Positions 1 through 10,286 of a stretch of DNA of 43,401 nt are shown here, piece after piece (position 1 is the stretch's first letter; every line of letters starts with the position of its first letter). The DNA comes from Candidatus Nanopelagicales bacterium. GTDB lineage: Bacteria; Actinomycetota; Actinomycetes; S36-B12. Location of the stretch: NCBI GenBank assembly GCA_044336805.1, contig JBIIOS010000001.1, forward strand, positions 1 through 43,401, read 5' to 3'. The notes below the pieces were generated by a model. The model made no database searches. It was not told the origin of the DNA and saw only the letters and a list, made by a program, of their open reading frames with translations. A program made the translations under genes and the position numbers.

Positions 1-942
1 CTGGTCAATGTCCCCATTGCATTGATCGCAGTGTTTCTTGGAATCGCGTATGTAAGCGAAAGTCGGGCAACGGGTGATACAAAATATGACATTCCGGGTG
101 CTGTTACGGCGACCCTTGGGCTCGTTTCACTGGTGTACGGAATTACCAGGGCTGAGTCAGAAGGTTGGACGGGTGGAAGCACCCTATTCTTTATCGGCAT
201 ATCCATTGTTTTGTTGGTCTTGTTCTTCATCATTGAGAGTCGGTCCAGCCACCCCTTGCTACCGCTAGCAATTATCAAAAATCGAAATCGCGGTGGCGCT
301 TATCTCGCAAGCTTCTTTGTCGGTATTGGGCTTTTCGCTATGTTCCTCTTCCTGACTTACTTCTTCCAAATTGTTTTGGGTTACACGCCACTTAAGGCTG
401 GCTTGCTGTTTCTTCCGTTCTCAGCCGGTGTGATCATCAGTGCAGGTGTTGCCAGTCAGTTGCTCCCACGCTTTGGTCCACGCTACGTGACTTTTGGTGG
501 ATTCGTGTTGGCGACTGTAGGAATGCTGTTGCTAACACAATTGGGCGCCGCAAGTTCCTACTGGCCAAATATCTTGCCTGCTCTCATCATAATTAGCCTC
601 GGTATGGGATTAATCTTCGTCCCACTATCGGCAACGGCACTGTATGCGGTGGGAAATCATGATGCGGGTGTTGCATCAGCCGTGTTAAACACCAGTCAGC
701 AAATTGGTGGATCAATTGGTATCGCATTTTTGAATACGATTGCCACTAGTGCTACGGCCGCCTACGTTATTGCAAACAATGTGGATCCATTTGATGCGAA
801 CGCGCAAGTTGAAGGCTATGTTGATGCATTCATGTGGGGTGCCGGTATTTTGGCGGTGGCTGGAATCATTTGGGTGGTTTTGGTTCATGTTTCCAAGAAG
901 GACATGGCCGCGGGGGACACTGCCGCAGCAGTTCATGTTTAA
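1..942 (+). CDS. MFS transporter (DHA2/EmrB-QacA-like drug:H+ antiporter type), C-terminal part; 5' end lies outside the window
   Basis: The reading frame is open from nt 1 (LVNVPIALIAV...), so the ATG at 22 is probably internal. The product has many hydrophobic helices and a TSQQIGGSIG motif typical of the late helices of 14-TM MFS pumps. Confidence 0.8.
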   Translation: MVNVPIALIAVFLGIAYVSESRATGDTKYDIPGAVTATLGLVSLVYGITRAESEGWTGGSTLFFIGISIVLLVLFFIIESRSSHPLLPLAIIKNRNRGGAYLASFFVGIGLFAMFLFLTYFFQIVLGYTPLKAGLLFLPFSAGVIISAGVASQLLPRFGPRYVTFGGFVLATVGMLLLTQLGAASSYWPNILPALIIISLGMGLIFVPLSATALYAVGNHDAGVASAVLNTSQQIGGSIGIAFLNTIATSATAAYVIANNVDPFDANAQVEGYVDAFMWGAGILAVAGIIWVVLVHVSKKDMAAGDTAAAVHV

Positions 943-974
943 TTAATTGGAGGTTTCAATTAACCGAAAGGTAG

Positions 975-1820
975 GTGCGCGTGGCCGCGCTGCTCGCACT
1001 TCTCTCTAGCCTGTCGTGGGGTGTAGCCGACTTTCTCGGTGGTTTGGCGGCTAGGCGAGCGGGAACAGCTCAAGTTTTGGCTGTGTCTTATCCCGCAGGC
1101 GCCATTTCGATTACTGTCCTAGCCATCTTTGTTGTTCCGGGAACATTTACTACCGAACTGATCGGTATCTCAATACTCGCGGGGTCAGCTGGTGTGACCG
1201 CGGTCTCCTTACTTTACGCCGCAATGGTCCGCGGACAAATGGGAGTGGTCGCACCCATTACGGCGGTGATGAGCTGCGCAGTACCAGTTCTGGTCGGGTT
1301 GTTTCGAGGAGATCAACCATCGGCGTATGCATTTTTCGGAATGGGATTTGCGATAATTGCAGTTGTTCTGGTGAGTCGCGAGTCGGCCCACCACCATGGA
1401 AAGACACCGATTTTGGCAATCGGGTTTTCGATCGCATCTGGCTGTGCCGGTGGTGTATATCTCACCGTAATTGGCCTGGCACCGGTTGAATCCGGTGTAT
1501 GGGTCGCAGCCTTGGGGCGCTGGTTTTCCACCATCATCATGATCACTTTCGTGCTGGTAGTCGTTCGATCATTTAATAAGTCAACTTTTCCCTGGAAGCT
1601 GGCAATAATCACGGGAGTTCTTGACTCGACTGCAAACTGCCTCTTTCAACTGGCAAGTCAGCGAGGGCTGTTCTCTGTTGTTGCCATTCTCGGCTCGCTG
1701 TACCCCGTAGCAACGGTTCTACTTGCTCGTGTTGTGATCAAGGAGCGGATGAATCGAGTGCAGAGCGTGGGCGTGGTGTTGGCTCTTGGTGCCGCTGTCT
1801 TGCTTGCATTTAACTCGTAG
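975..1820 (+). CDS. EamA/DMT-superfamily transporter (10-TM)
   Basis: GTG start follows GAAAGG. The N-terminus LLALLSSLSWGVADFLGG and the two-fold repeated 5-TM layout are typical of EamA domains. Confidence 0.8.
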   Translation: MRVAALLALLSSLSWGVADFLGGLAARRAGTAQVLAVSYPAGAISITVLAIFVVPGTFTTELIGISILAGSAGVTAVSLLYAAMVRGQMGVVAPITAVMSCAVPVLVGLFRGDQPSAYAFFGMGFAIIAVVLVSRESAHHHGKTPILAIGFSIASGCAGGVYLTVIGLAPVESGVWVAALGRWFSTIIMITFVLVVVRSFNKSTFPWKLAIITGVLDSTANCLFQLASQRGLFSVVAILGSLYPVATVLLARVVIKERMNRVQSVGVVLALGAAVLLAFNS

Positions 1821-1826
1821 CTTGAC

Positions 1827-2063
1827 TTAATTCTGCGAAAGTGACTTCATTGCTTTGCGAATAAAAATGAAGAAGACAATATTGGCGGTAGCTAGCGCGA
1901 TAAAGACCGCAGACATAATCCCCCAGCCTTGGGCTGATCCAATGATGAATGCAGCGCCAGCGAAAAAAATCGCAGCAAAAATTTGTAGTGTTGCCGAGAA
2001 CCGAAGTTTGCGTAACTCCCGTACCTTGAAATCAGTTTGAGGTTTTTGATCTTCCGGATCCAT
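1827..2063 (-). CDS. small hypothetical membrane protein (two predicted TM helices)
   Basis: 78-aa ORF with a charged N-terminus followed by two hydrophobic stretches. It fits exactly between neighbouring genes. I recognise no family. Confidence 0.45.
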   Translation of the reverse strand: MDPEDQKPQTDFKVRELRKLRFSATLQIFAAIFFAGAAFIIGSAQGWGIMSAVFIALATANIVFFIFIRKAMKSLSQN

Positions 2064-2072
2064 GTGAAGATC

Positions 2073-2996
2073 TTACTTGTGGGGAGAGGAAACGATTGGC
2101 ATGAGTAATTGTTTAATACTGGTAGAGAGTTCGAGCAGCCTGTCCTTCTGGACTGCATTTTTACTCCAGGCTAAGCCAATCGTGCGAAATGGTTGAGGAT
2201 TAGCAATTCGTGCAATCGCGATGCCGGTGCCAGTTCTTGCCTCGAGTTCAACCGCACATTCTGGGAGGAGTGTTACTCCGTTTCCCGCGGCCACCATTTG
2301 ACACACGGTGGCAAGGCCAGCCGCACCAACGTCGTAAGTATTCGAGATCTTTGCATTCGCGCAGATCTCTTCTGCTTGCCCGCGCAGGCAGTGACCATCT
2401 TCAATTAAAAGGACAGGAAATTCATTAACGTCCCCGAGGTCTACACCGGTTGCGCCGGCCCAAGGATGGTCGACGGGAACTGCGAGGTGAAATGTGTCGG
2501 TGAAGAGCTCCATGGTTTCAATGTCGGAGTTGGTGATCGGGAGCGCCAGCAGGGCTAGGTCGATTGAGTGATCACGTAGTGAACTGACGAGTACGTCTGT
2601 GCGCTGTTCCGAAAGTTGCAGGGATATTTTGTTGCCCAATCCCGCCACTATTTTTGGTAGTAAATATGGCGCAAGTGTGGGGATAGCCCCGAGCCGCAGA
2701 ACCGAGTCAACTCCGTGCGGGGCTGCTGCGGTGGTGAAATCTGCGAGGGCCTCAAGTGCGCGGCGGGCAAACGGGATAAGCCCGGCCCCCACCGAGGTCA
2801 GTTCAACACCGCGGGATCCCCGCTGCAACAGGGGAAAGCCGAGTGCGGCCTCCATATCTCGAATTTGGACGCTGACCGCGGGCTGACTAATCCCTAGGGC
2901 ATTGGCGGCGGCGCCGAAACTGCCCTCCTGGGTCACGGCAACAAATGCTCGAAGTTGGGGATAGGTAGGGTGCCATTTTCGGCGATCAAAGTCCAT
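2073..2996 (-). CDS. oxyR: LysR-family peroxide-sensing transcriptional regulator OxyR
   Basis: N-terminal LysR HTH (LRAFVAVTQEGSFGAAANALGISQPAVSVQIRDME). The motif EDGHCLRGQAEEIC places two Cys 9 residues apart (aa 203 and 212), as in E. coli OxyR C199/C208. The gene is divergent from katG. Confidence 0.85.
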   Translation of the reverse strand: MDFDRRKWHPTYPQLRAFVAVTQEGSFGAAANALGISQPAVSVQIRDMEAALGFPLLQRGSRGVELTSVGAGLIPFARRALEALADFTTAAAPHGVDSVLRLGAIPTLAPYLLPKIVAGLGNKISLQLSEQRTDVLVSSLRDHSIDLALLALPITNSDIETMELFTDTFHLAVPVDHPWAGATGVDLGDVNEFPVLLIEDGHCLRGQAEEICANAKISNTYDVGAAGLATVCQMVAAGNGVTLLPECAVELEARTGTGIAIARIANPQPFRTIGLAWSKNAVQKDRLLELSTSIKQLLMPIVSSPHK

Positions 2997-2998
2997 AA

Positions 2999-5296
<2,298 letters not shown>

Positions 5297-5327
5297 ATAG
5301 TTCACGCCATTAATTGGTGGGCTTTAT

Positions 5328-5372
5328 AAGTTGGGTGCTGTGAGTTGTTAACTCGCAGCACCCAACTTTTTT
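5328..5372. terminator. intrinsic terminator hairpin between the convergent katG and membrane-protein genes
   Basis: AAGTTGGGTGCTGTGAG / CTCGCAGCACCCAACTT forms a 17-bp stem with one G-U pair, followed by TTTTTT. An A-rich 5' flank could let it act in both directions. Confidence 0.8.
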
Positions 5373-5390
5373 GTCTGTAGGGATCCACCG

Positions 5391-6095
5391 TTAGGCATCG
5401 AGTTCTGGTTCCTCATCGGTTTCGATTACTGTTTTTGCACCGGCAAGCACACCGACCGCTTTTAGTCCATAGGCAACAAAGGGACCCACGAGTACCGCGA
5501 AGAGAACTGTTCCAATTCCCACGGTTCCACCAAGGAACCAGCCAATGGCTAAGGCGCCAATTTCAATACCCAATCGCACCCGCGCAACCGGCCATCCGGT
5601 TCGAAAATGGATTCCGGTCATCATGCCATCGCGCGGCCCCGGTCCCAGGTTGGTGGTGAGATAAAGCCCGCTGCCAATTCCCACACAAGCGATTCCAGCA
5701 ATGACAACGAGGAATTTCACAAATGTATTCGTTGGGTGCGGCAGGATCGTGCTCATCACTTGAAGTGCGGTTGCTATCACTATTGCGTTGGCAATGGTGC
5801 CAAGTCCGGGGCGTTCCTTCAGCGGGATCCAGGCTAGGAGTACAAGCACGCTAATAATAAATGTGGTTACTCCAATACTCAGACCTGTTTTGACATTGAG
5901 GCCTTGGGCGAAAACGGTCCAGGGACCAACCCCAAGATCAGCGATGATTAAAAGTGCCTCGCCGGTGCCAAAAATCCACAACCCGATAATGAGAATCGCT
6001 AGGGTGCTCGGCTTGGAGCTCCAGCGTGATTCCGAGCGCCAACGGGTGACCGGCACGCTGCGCGAGGGGGTGAGGAATCCTGGTAAAAATGCCAT
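5391..6095 (-). CDS. polytopic membrane protein, YczE/YitT-like (function unknown)
   Basis: 234 aa with about 6 TM helices. The LGVGPWTVF motif near TM2 resembles YczE-type membrane proteins. The family assignment is from memory only. Confidence 0.55.
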   Translation of the reverse strand: MAFLPGFLTPSRSVPVTRWRSESRWSSKPSTLAILIIGLWIFGTGEALLIIADLGVGPWTVFAQGLNVKTGLSIGVTTFIISVLVLLAWIPLKERPGLGTIANAIVIATALQVMSTILPHPTNTFVKFLVVIAGIACVGIGSGLYLTTNLGPGPRDGMMTGIHFRTGWPVARVRLGIEIGALAIGWFLGGTVGIGTVLFAVLVGPFVAYGLKAVGVLAGAKTVIETDEEPELDA

Positions 6096-6135
6096 TTTTT
6101 GTTCGAGAACTCCTCAGTTGGGTTAGGTTGTTACC

Positions 6136-6615
6136 GTGTTGTTATCAAAATATGGACCAACTGCACGGGGACTAATTGCATTGGCGTTAGTGGGAACTCT
6201 AGTGAGCGCATGTGGTGGAGGGGGTGACCCGGCAGCCACTTCATCTGATGTGCCGACCACCGTTGAAGTTACCGGAACCCAGCAACTCATGATCGATCAG
6301 AAGATCACTGTCCTTGACCAGAAGTTGGTTTATCCCAAAAAGGGTGACGCCCAGGTGTCCAGTGCGATTACCACACTTGAACCTGGTCAAGAAACTGGCT
6401 GGCAGTTGCACCCGGTTCCCGCATTTGTCTACGTGCTTAGTGGCACCTACACCGTTGAATATGAAGCCGGCGTCACCAAGGAATTCCCAGCTGGCAGTTC
6501 GATAATGCAGGCGACAAAGACCAATTACAACGGGATCAATAAAAGTGAAGAAACGGTTCAACTGCTCACCGTATTTATGGGAGCGAAGGGCAAAAGAAAT
6601 ACGGTGATGCGTTAG
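6136..6615 (+). CDS. cupin-domain lipoprotein
   Basis: Signal peptide with lipobox LVSAC-GGG. The C-terminal part has a cupin-like beta-barrel pattern (GWQLHPVPAFVYVLSGTYTVEYE...G). Confidence 0.7.
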   Translation: MLLSKYGPTARGLIALALVGTLVSACGGGGDPAATSSDVPTTVEVTGTQQLMIDQKITVLDQKLVYPKKGDAQVSSAITTLEPGQETGWQLHPVPAFVYVLSGTYTVEYEAGVTKEFPAGSSIMQATKTNYNGINKSEETVQLLTVFMGAKGKRNTVMR

Positions 6616-7163
6616 GCCGGTCGATAGTCCAAATCGGTATTGGTTGCTAATTCCCCTAGCTCAACGCGAGTGGCGTTATTTCTCGTGAGGTAATCTTTAG
6701 CTCCCACATCACCGGATACCTCGTTTATCAGTGCCGCCCAATGTTCGCGGCCAATGACGACAGGGTGAGCGATTTTGCCCTCGTAGGTTGATTGAATGAG
6801 GCCCCCCTGCGCACTGGCAATTTCGGTGATGGCTTCTGTACTGAGGCCAATGTGATCCACGAGAGTGATAACAACTCGTTCCAGTTGTGGTTCTTCGGTC
6901 GAGAGAAAGACAAGTCCTGCGCGCAGACTGGAAGCCATGCCGCTAGCAAAGTCGGGATTTTCAATCACCGTTGCCTGCGGAACTTCACCAACCCATGCGC
7001 CGAGCACCACGAAGACTTTGGTTAGTCCGGCTTCTCGCAGAATCCGAACAGCGCGATCAACAAGGCGTTCGCCTTCGAATACGAATGGCGCTTTTGGCCC
7101 ACCGAATCTTTGGCCACTGCCCGCAGCGAGAACGAGACCGGCAGTATTGCCTAAATCGACCAT
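6612..7163 (-). CDS. mocA: MobA/MocA-like nucleotidyltransferase (probable Moco cytidylyltransferase)
   Basis: N-terminal LVLAAGSGQRFGGPK nucleotide-binding loop of the NTP_transf_3 family, about 183 aa. It neighbours cox-type accessory genes of XDH-family enzymes, which use the cytosine dinucleotide cofactor in many bacteria. Confidence 0.65.
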   Translation of the reverse strand: MVDLGNTAGLVLAAGSGQRFGGPKAPFVFEGERLVDRAVRILREAGLTKVFVVLGAWVGEVPQATVIENPDFASGMASSLRAGLVFLSTEEPQLERVVITLVDHIGLSTEAITEIASAQGGLIQSTYEGKIAHPVVIGREHWAALINEVSGDVGAKDYLTRNNATRVELGELATNTDLDYRPA

Positions 7164-7184
7164 GCTCCACCATAATGAGGGACC

Positions 7185-7343
7185 ATGTCAGCCATTGTTC
7201 ACCATGCCGAAGTGATCGAGTCAGAGATTGACGCCCTGGCGATAAAGGTCCTGGGAACCGAGGTTAATGACTTTCCTGCAGGATCGGTATTGCACTGGGC
7301 AGGCCAGGGCCTTAGGCTGGCCCGGTCCCTAGAAATACCATAG
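7185..7343 (+). CDS. possible 52-aa ORF (MSAIVHHAEVIESEIDALAIKVLGTEVNDFPAGSVLHWAGQGLRLARSLEIP), below the ORF-track cutoff
   Basis: I translated it by hand from the sequence. CATAAT at 7171-7176 ends 8 nt before the ATG, which fits a near-leaderless start. No family recognised. Confidence 0.25.
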   Translation: MSAIVHHAEVIESEIDALAIKVLGTEVNDFPAGSVLHWAGQGLRLARSLEIP

Positions 7344-7458
7344 GCACAAACCGCAAATCGTAGTACCAATATTTAGCGCGACCCCGCGGGCAACCATCTT
7401 TGTACCCAAAAATTTGCATCCCAAAAACCAAATGTGGCATTTAAACAGAGGAGAGTCT

Positions 7459-8067
7459 GTGGAGCTCGAAAATTCGTTTACTATCTCGACTGATATTGAG
7501 ACGGCATGGAAAACCATCCTTGACGTAGAGAAGATTGCTCCATGTATGCCCGGTGCAACTCTTGAGTCCATCAATGGCGATGAATTCTCGGGAAACGTTA
7601 AGGTCAAATTAGGCCCAGTCTCCATGGTCTATGGCGGCGAAGCCCGCTTCACAAGCAAGGATGACGCCACTCATACTGCGATCATCGATGGCACGGGCAA
7701 GGAATCACGCGGAACAGGTACAGCCACTGCACATGTTGCTATCACGCTGGTTGCTGAGAGCACTAGCGTGACTCGAGTTGATGTCACCACTGAATTGACC
7801 ATCACGGGCAAGGCAGCCCAGTTTGGGAGGGGCGTCATGCAAGATGTCGCTGGTCGATTGGTCACTCAATTTGCTGGGAATCTCGAGCAAGTGATTACCA
7901 TCGGTGATGGCACTGCAGCCGATGGAGCACCAGCACCGATCAAGACCGCTGACAGCGTGAATCTGCTGGCAACTGCGGGTGCTCCAGTTCTCAAGCGAGT
8001 CGTCCCAGTGGTCATCGCCACTGCTGTTGTCGTGGGTGTGGTCATATTCTTCATCTCCAATCGTTGA
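7459..8067 (+). CDS. CoxG-like SRPBCC protein with C-terminal membrane anchor
   Basis: ELENSFTISTDIETAWKTILDVEKIAPCMPGA...VKVKLGPVS is the CoxG/SRPBCC signature. The C-terminus VVPVVIATAVVVGVVIFFI is a TM helix. GTG at 7459 follows GGAGAG. Confidence 0.8.
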   Translation: MELENSFTISTDIETAWKTILDVEKIAPCMPGATLESINGDEFSGNVKVKLGPVSMVYGGEARFTSKDDATHTAIIDGTGKESRGTGTATAHVAITLVAESTSVTRVDVTTELTITGKAAQFGRGVMQDVAGRLVTQFAGNLEQVITIGDGTAADGAPAPIKTADSVNLLATAGAPVLKRVVPVVIATAVVVGVVIFFISNR

Positions 8068-8112
8068 AGTGGGCCGAGTACTATTTCCCGGTGACTCGCT
8101 AACGTGTGTCCT

Positions 8113-8997
8113 ATGAGTTCCGCAGGTGAGATCGAGTCACCCCAGCAATTGGTTCAAGAATTAGCGAAAGTTGACTACTTGGCTGATCTGGGGCTGGCAA
8201 CGGCGCTGTTTTGTGCGGTCCGATTACCCCAGCCCCTGCTCCTGGAAGGCGAAGCTGGTGTGGGCAAAACCCAGGCCGCCAAAGCCCTCGCCCAACTCCT
8301 CGATACCCCGTTGATTCGGTTGCAGTGCTTTGAGGGGATTGATGCATCCGAGGCACTTTACGAATGGAACTACCCTCGGCAATTGTTAAGTATTCGAATG
8401 GCGGAGTCCCAGGGAAAATCAATTGAGGAAAGTTCACTGTTCAGTCGTGAGTTCCTGATTGAACGGCCCCTATTGCAAGCGTTGGAATACGTTGGACCAA
8501 ACCCGGCCGTGCTGTTAATCGATGAAGTGGATCGGGCGGACGAGGAATTTGAAGCATTTCTGTTTGAGATGTTAGCCGAATCAACCATTAGTGTTCCTGA
8601 GCTGGGCACACTGACGGCGCAGCAAAAACCTATCGTTATTTTGACTTCGAATCGAACCCGAGATTTGCACGACGCACTCAAGCGGCGTTGTTTGTATCAC
8701 TGGATTGATTACCCAAGCTTGGATCACGCTACGGAGATTGTTAAATTGCGGGCGCCGAAGGCAAGTAAGGATTTGGCCCAGCAAGTTGCTGCAGCGGTGT
8801 CACGCATTCGAACTCTCGACATGCAGAAGCCGCCAGGGGTTGCGGAAGCAATTGACTGGGTGAATGCGGCAATGCTTCTTGGGGTGAGCACACTTGATGC
8901 CGTTAGCACAGAGCAAACCATTGGATCGGTATTGAAGTACCGTGACGACCAGGAACTTGCTCGTGAGCACGGCTTGGCCTGGATCGCCGGTGAATGA
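8113..8997 (+). CDS. MoxR-type AAA+ ATPase (CoxD-like)
   Basis: Walker A GEAGVGKT and Walker B LLIDEVDRA, with MoxR-like length. The start is uncertain (GTG 8104 or ATG 8113). Confidence 0.85.
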   Translation: MSSAGEIESPQQLVQELAKVDYLADLGLATALFCAVRLPQPLLLEGEAGVGKTQAAKALAQLLDTPLIRLQCFEGIDASEALYEWNYPRQLLSIRMAESQGKSIEESSLFSREFLIERPLLQALEYVGPNPAVLLIDEVDRADEEFEAFLFEMLAESTISVPELGTLTAQQKPIVILTSNRTRDLHDALKRRCLYHWIDYPSLDHATEIVKLRAPKASKDLAQQVAAAVSRIRTLDMQKPPGVAEAIDWVNAAMLLGVSTLDAVSTEQTIGSVLKYRDDQELAREHGLAWIAGE

Positions 8998-10189
8998 TTT
9001 ACCTTTAGCGCAGATCTGTGCAGCATTTGGACATCTGCTGCACCAGTCGGGAGTCCCCGTAACACCTGAGCGCAGTGTCAGATTCGCGAGTGTCATTGAA
9101 TTGGCTCAACCCACGCAACTTGATGAACTGTATTGGTTGGCACGGGTGACTCTCTTGAGTGACAACAGTCAAGCGGAAGTGTTTGATCGAGTTTTCCAAC
9201 AAGCTTTTCGTGGGATGTGTGACTTTACGGATTTCCGCAGCGAATTAAGTGGCTTAGAGCCGCTGTCTGGAGTGCCTGCGGCGGAGCGAAGTCTAGGCGA
9301 ATCTGAAAAGTCAATGGAAAACGAGTCGAGTCCCCGGGTAACCAACGAAACTCCTGGTCCTGCGAACAGTCACCACGAAGATGCAAGCGAAATTAGTGTT
9401 CTCGCAGCCATGAGTGCCCAAGAACGAGTTAATGAACGCGATTTTTCCACATTAACGCTCGACGAGCTCGCACTTATTCGTCGCTTGGTTGATCAATTGC
9501 CGCTAGTTCCACCTTTGCGAACTCGCCACCGAACTCAGCAAGCACGCAAGGGCAACCAACTTGATCTGCGAGCAACCCTTCGCGCATCACATCGAACCGG
9601 TGGAGATCCGATCCACTTGATCAAGAGGTCACATACAACGAAACCTCGTCGGGTCGTGTTGTTAGCCGATGTTTCGGGGTCAATGGAGCCTTATGCACGG
9701 ATTTATCTGCACCTGATGAGAGGCGCGGTGCAGGCATTGGGTGCCGAAGCGTTTGTTTTCGCAACCCACCTGACCAGACTCACCCGACCGCTTGCCACTT
9801 CGCAAACTAACTTGGCTTATAAAAAAGCAGCAGATGCCGCAACAGACTGGTCAGGTGGCACCCGCATCGGCTCATCGATAAAGACCTTCATTGATGATTT
9901 CGGTCGACGTGGAATTGCCCGCGGTGCGGTGGTGGTAATTGTTTCTGACGGTTGGGAGATTGAGGATCCAGAAATTCTCGCGATGCATATGGCGCGACTC
10001 TCCAGACTCTCGCACCACATCATTTGGGTTAACCCGCGTAAAGCCGCGGACTCCTACCAGCCGCTCGTCGGCGGGATGGCCGCAGCGCTGCCGTACGTTG
10101 ACACATTCGTGTCCGGACATTCGATGAATGCCCTCAATGAAGTGATGGCTGCGATCGCTGGCGCCTCCGAGCGCCGATCGCACAGGTAA
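8990..10189 (+). CDS. VWA-domain protein (CoxE-like)
   Basis: MIDAS motif LLADVSGSM with the C-terminal VWA layout typical of CoxE. GTG at 8990 overlaps the CoxD-like stop by 8 nt. The in-frame ATG at 8942 would sit deep inside the upstream gene. Confidence 0.85.
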   Translation: MNDLPLAQICAAFGHLLHQSGVPVTPERSVRFASVIELAQPTQLDELYWLARVTLLSDNSQAEVFDRVFQQAFRGMCDFTDFRSELSGLEPLSGVPAAERSLGESEKSMENESSPRVTNETPGPANSHHEDASEISVLAAMSAQERVNERDFSTLTLDELALIRRLVDQLPLVPPLRTRHRTQQARKGNQLDLRATLRASHRTGGDPIHLIKRSHTTKPRRVVLLADVSGSMEPYARIYLHLMRGAVQALGAEAFVFATHLTRLTRPLATSQTNLAYKKAADAATDWSGGTRIGSSIKTFIDDFGRRGIARGAVVVIVSDGWEIEDPEILAMHMARLSRLSHHIIWVNPRKAADSYQPLVGGMAAALPYVDTFVSGHSMNALNEVMAAIAGASERRSHR

Positions 10190-10218
10190 TCAACTCGCTC
10201 GTGATGTTATGAAATCCA

Positions 10219-10248
10219 TTTACAATCCTATTTGTATGACATAGGATT
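10219..10248 (+). promoter_or_regulatory. candidate promoter (TTTACA-17 nt-TAGGAT) with an embedded 25-bp palindrome AATCCTAT-N9-ATAGGATT centred on TGTATGACA
   Basis: Perfect 8-bp inverted arms at 10224-10231 and 10241-10248. The core 9-mer at 10233-10241 is the reverse complement of the TGTCATACA found at 18164, 33761 and 43343. Confidence 0.45.
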
Positions 10249-10286
10249 AAAGCCCCGGATGGGTGAAAAGTAGAGAGGTTATAGGT

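Noticed and set aside
943-963. AT-rich inverted repeat TTAATTG-N7-CAATTAA between the MFS and DMT genes; considered as a terminator.
   Set aside because: It has only 7 A/T-rich base pairs, no U-tract, and it overlaps the RBS region of the next gene. It is too weak to call.
7329-7625. A 98-aa minus-strand ORF overlapping the coxG start.
   Set aside because: It is antisense to the conserved CoxG N-terminus and has no family features or RBS.
8113-10189. The MoxR AAA+ and VWA pair as a stand-alone stress or defence-type module.
   Set aside because: It sits between CoxG/MocA-like genes and two Mo-hydroxylases, and the MIDAS-containing CoxE-like layout fits cofactor maturation. No nuclease, protease or other effector is adjacent.
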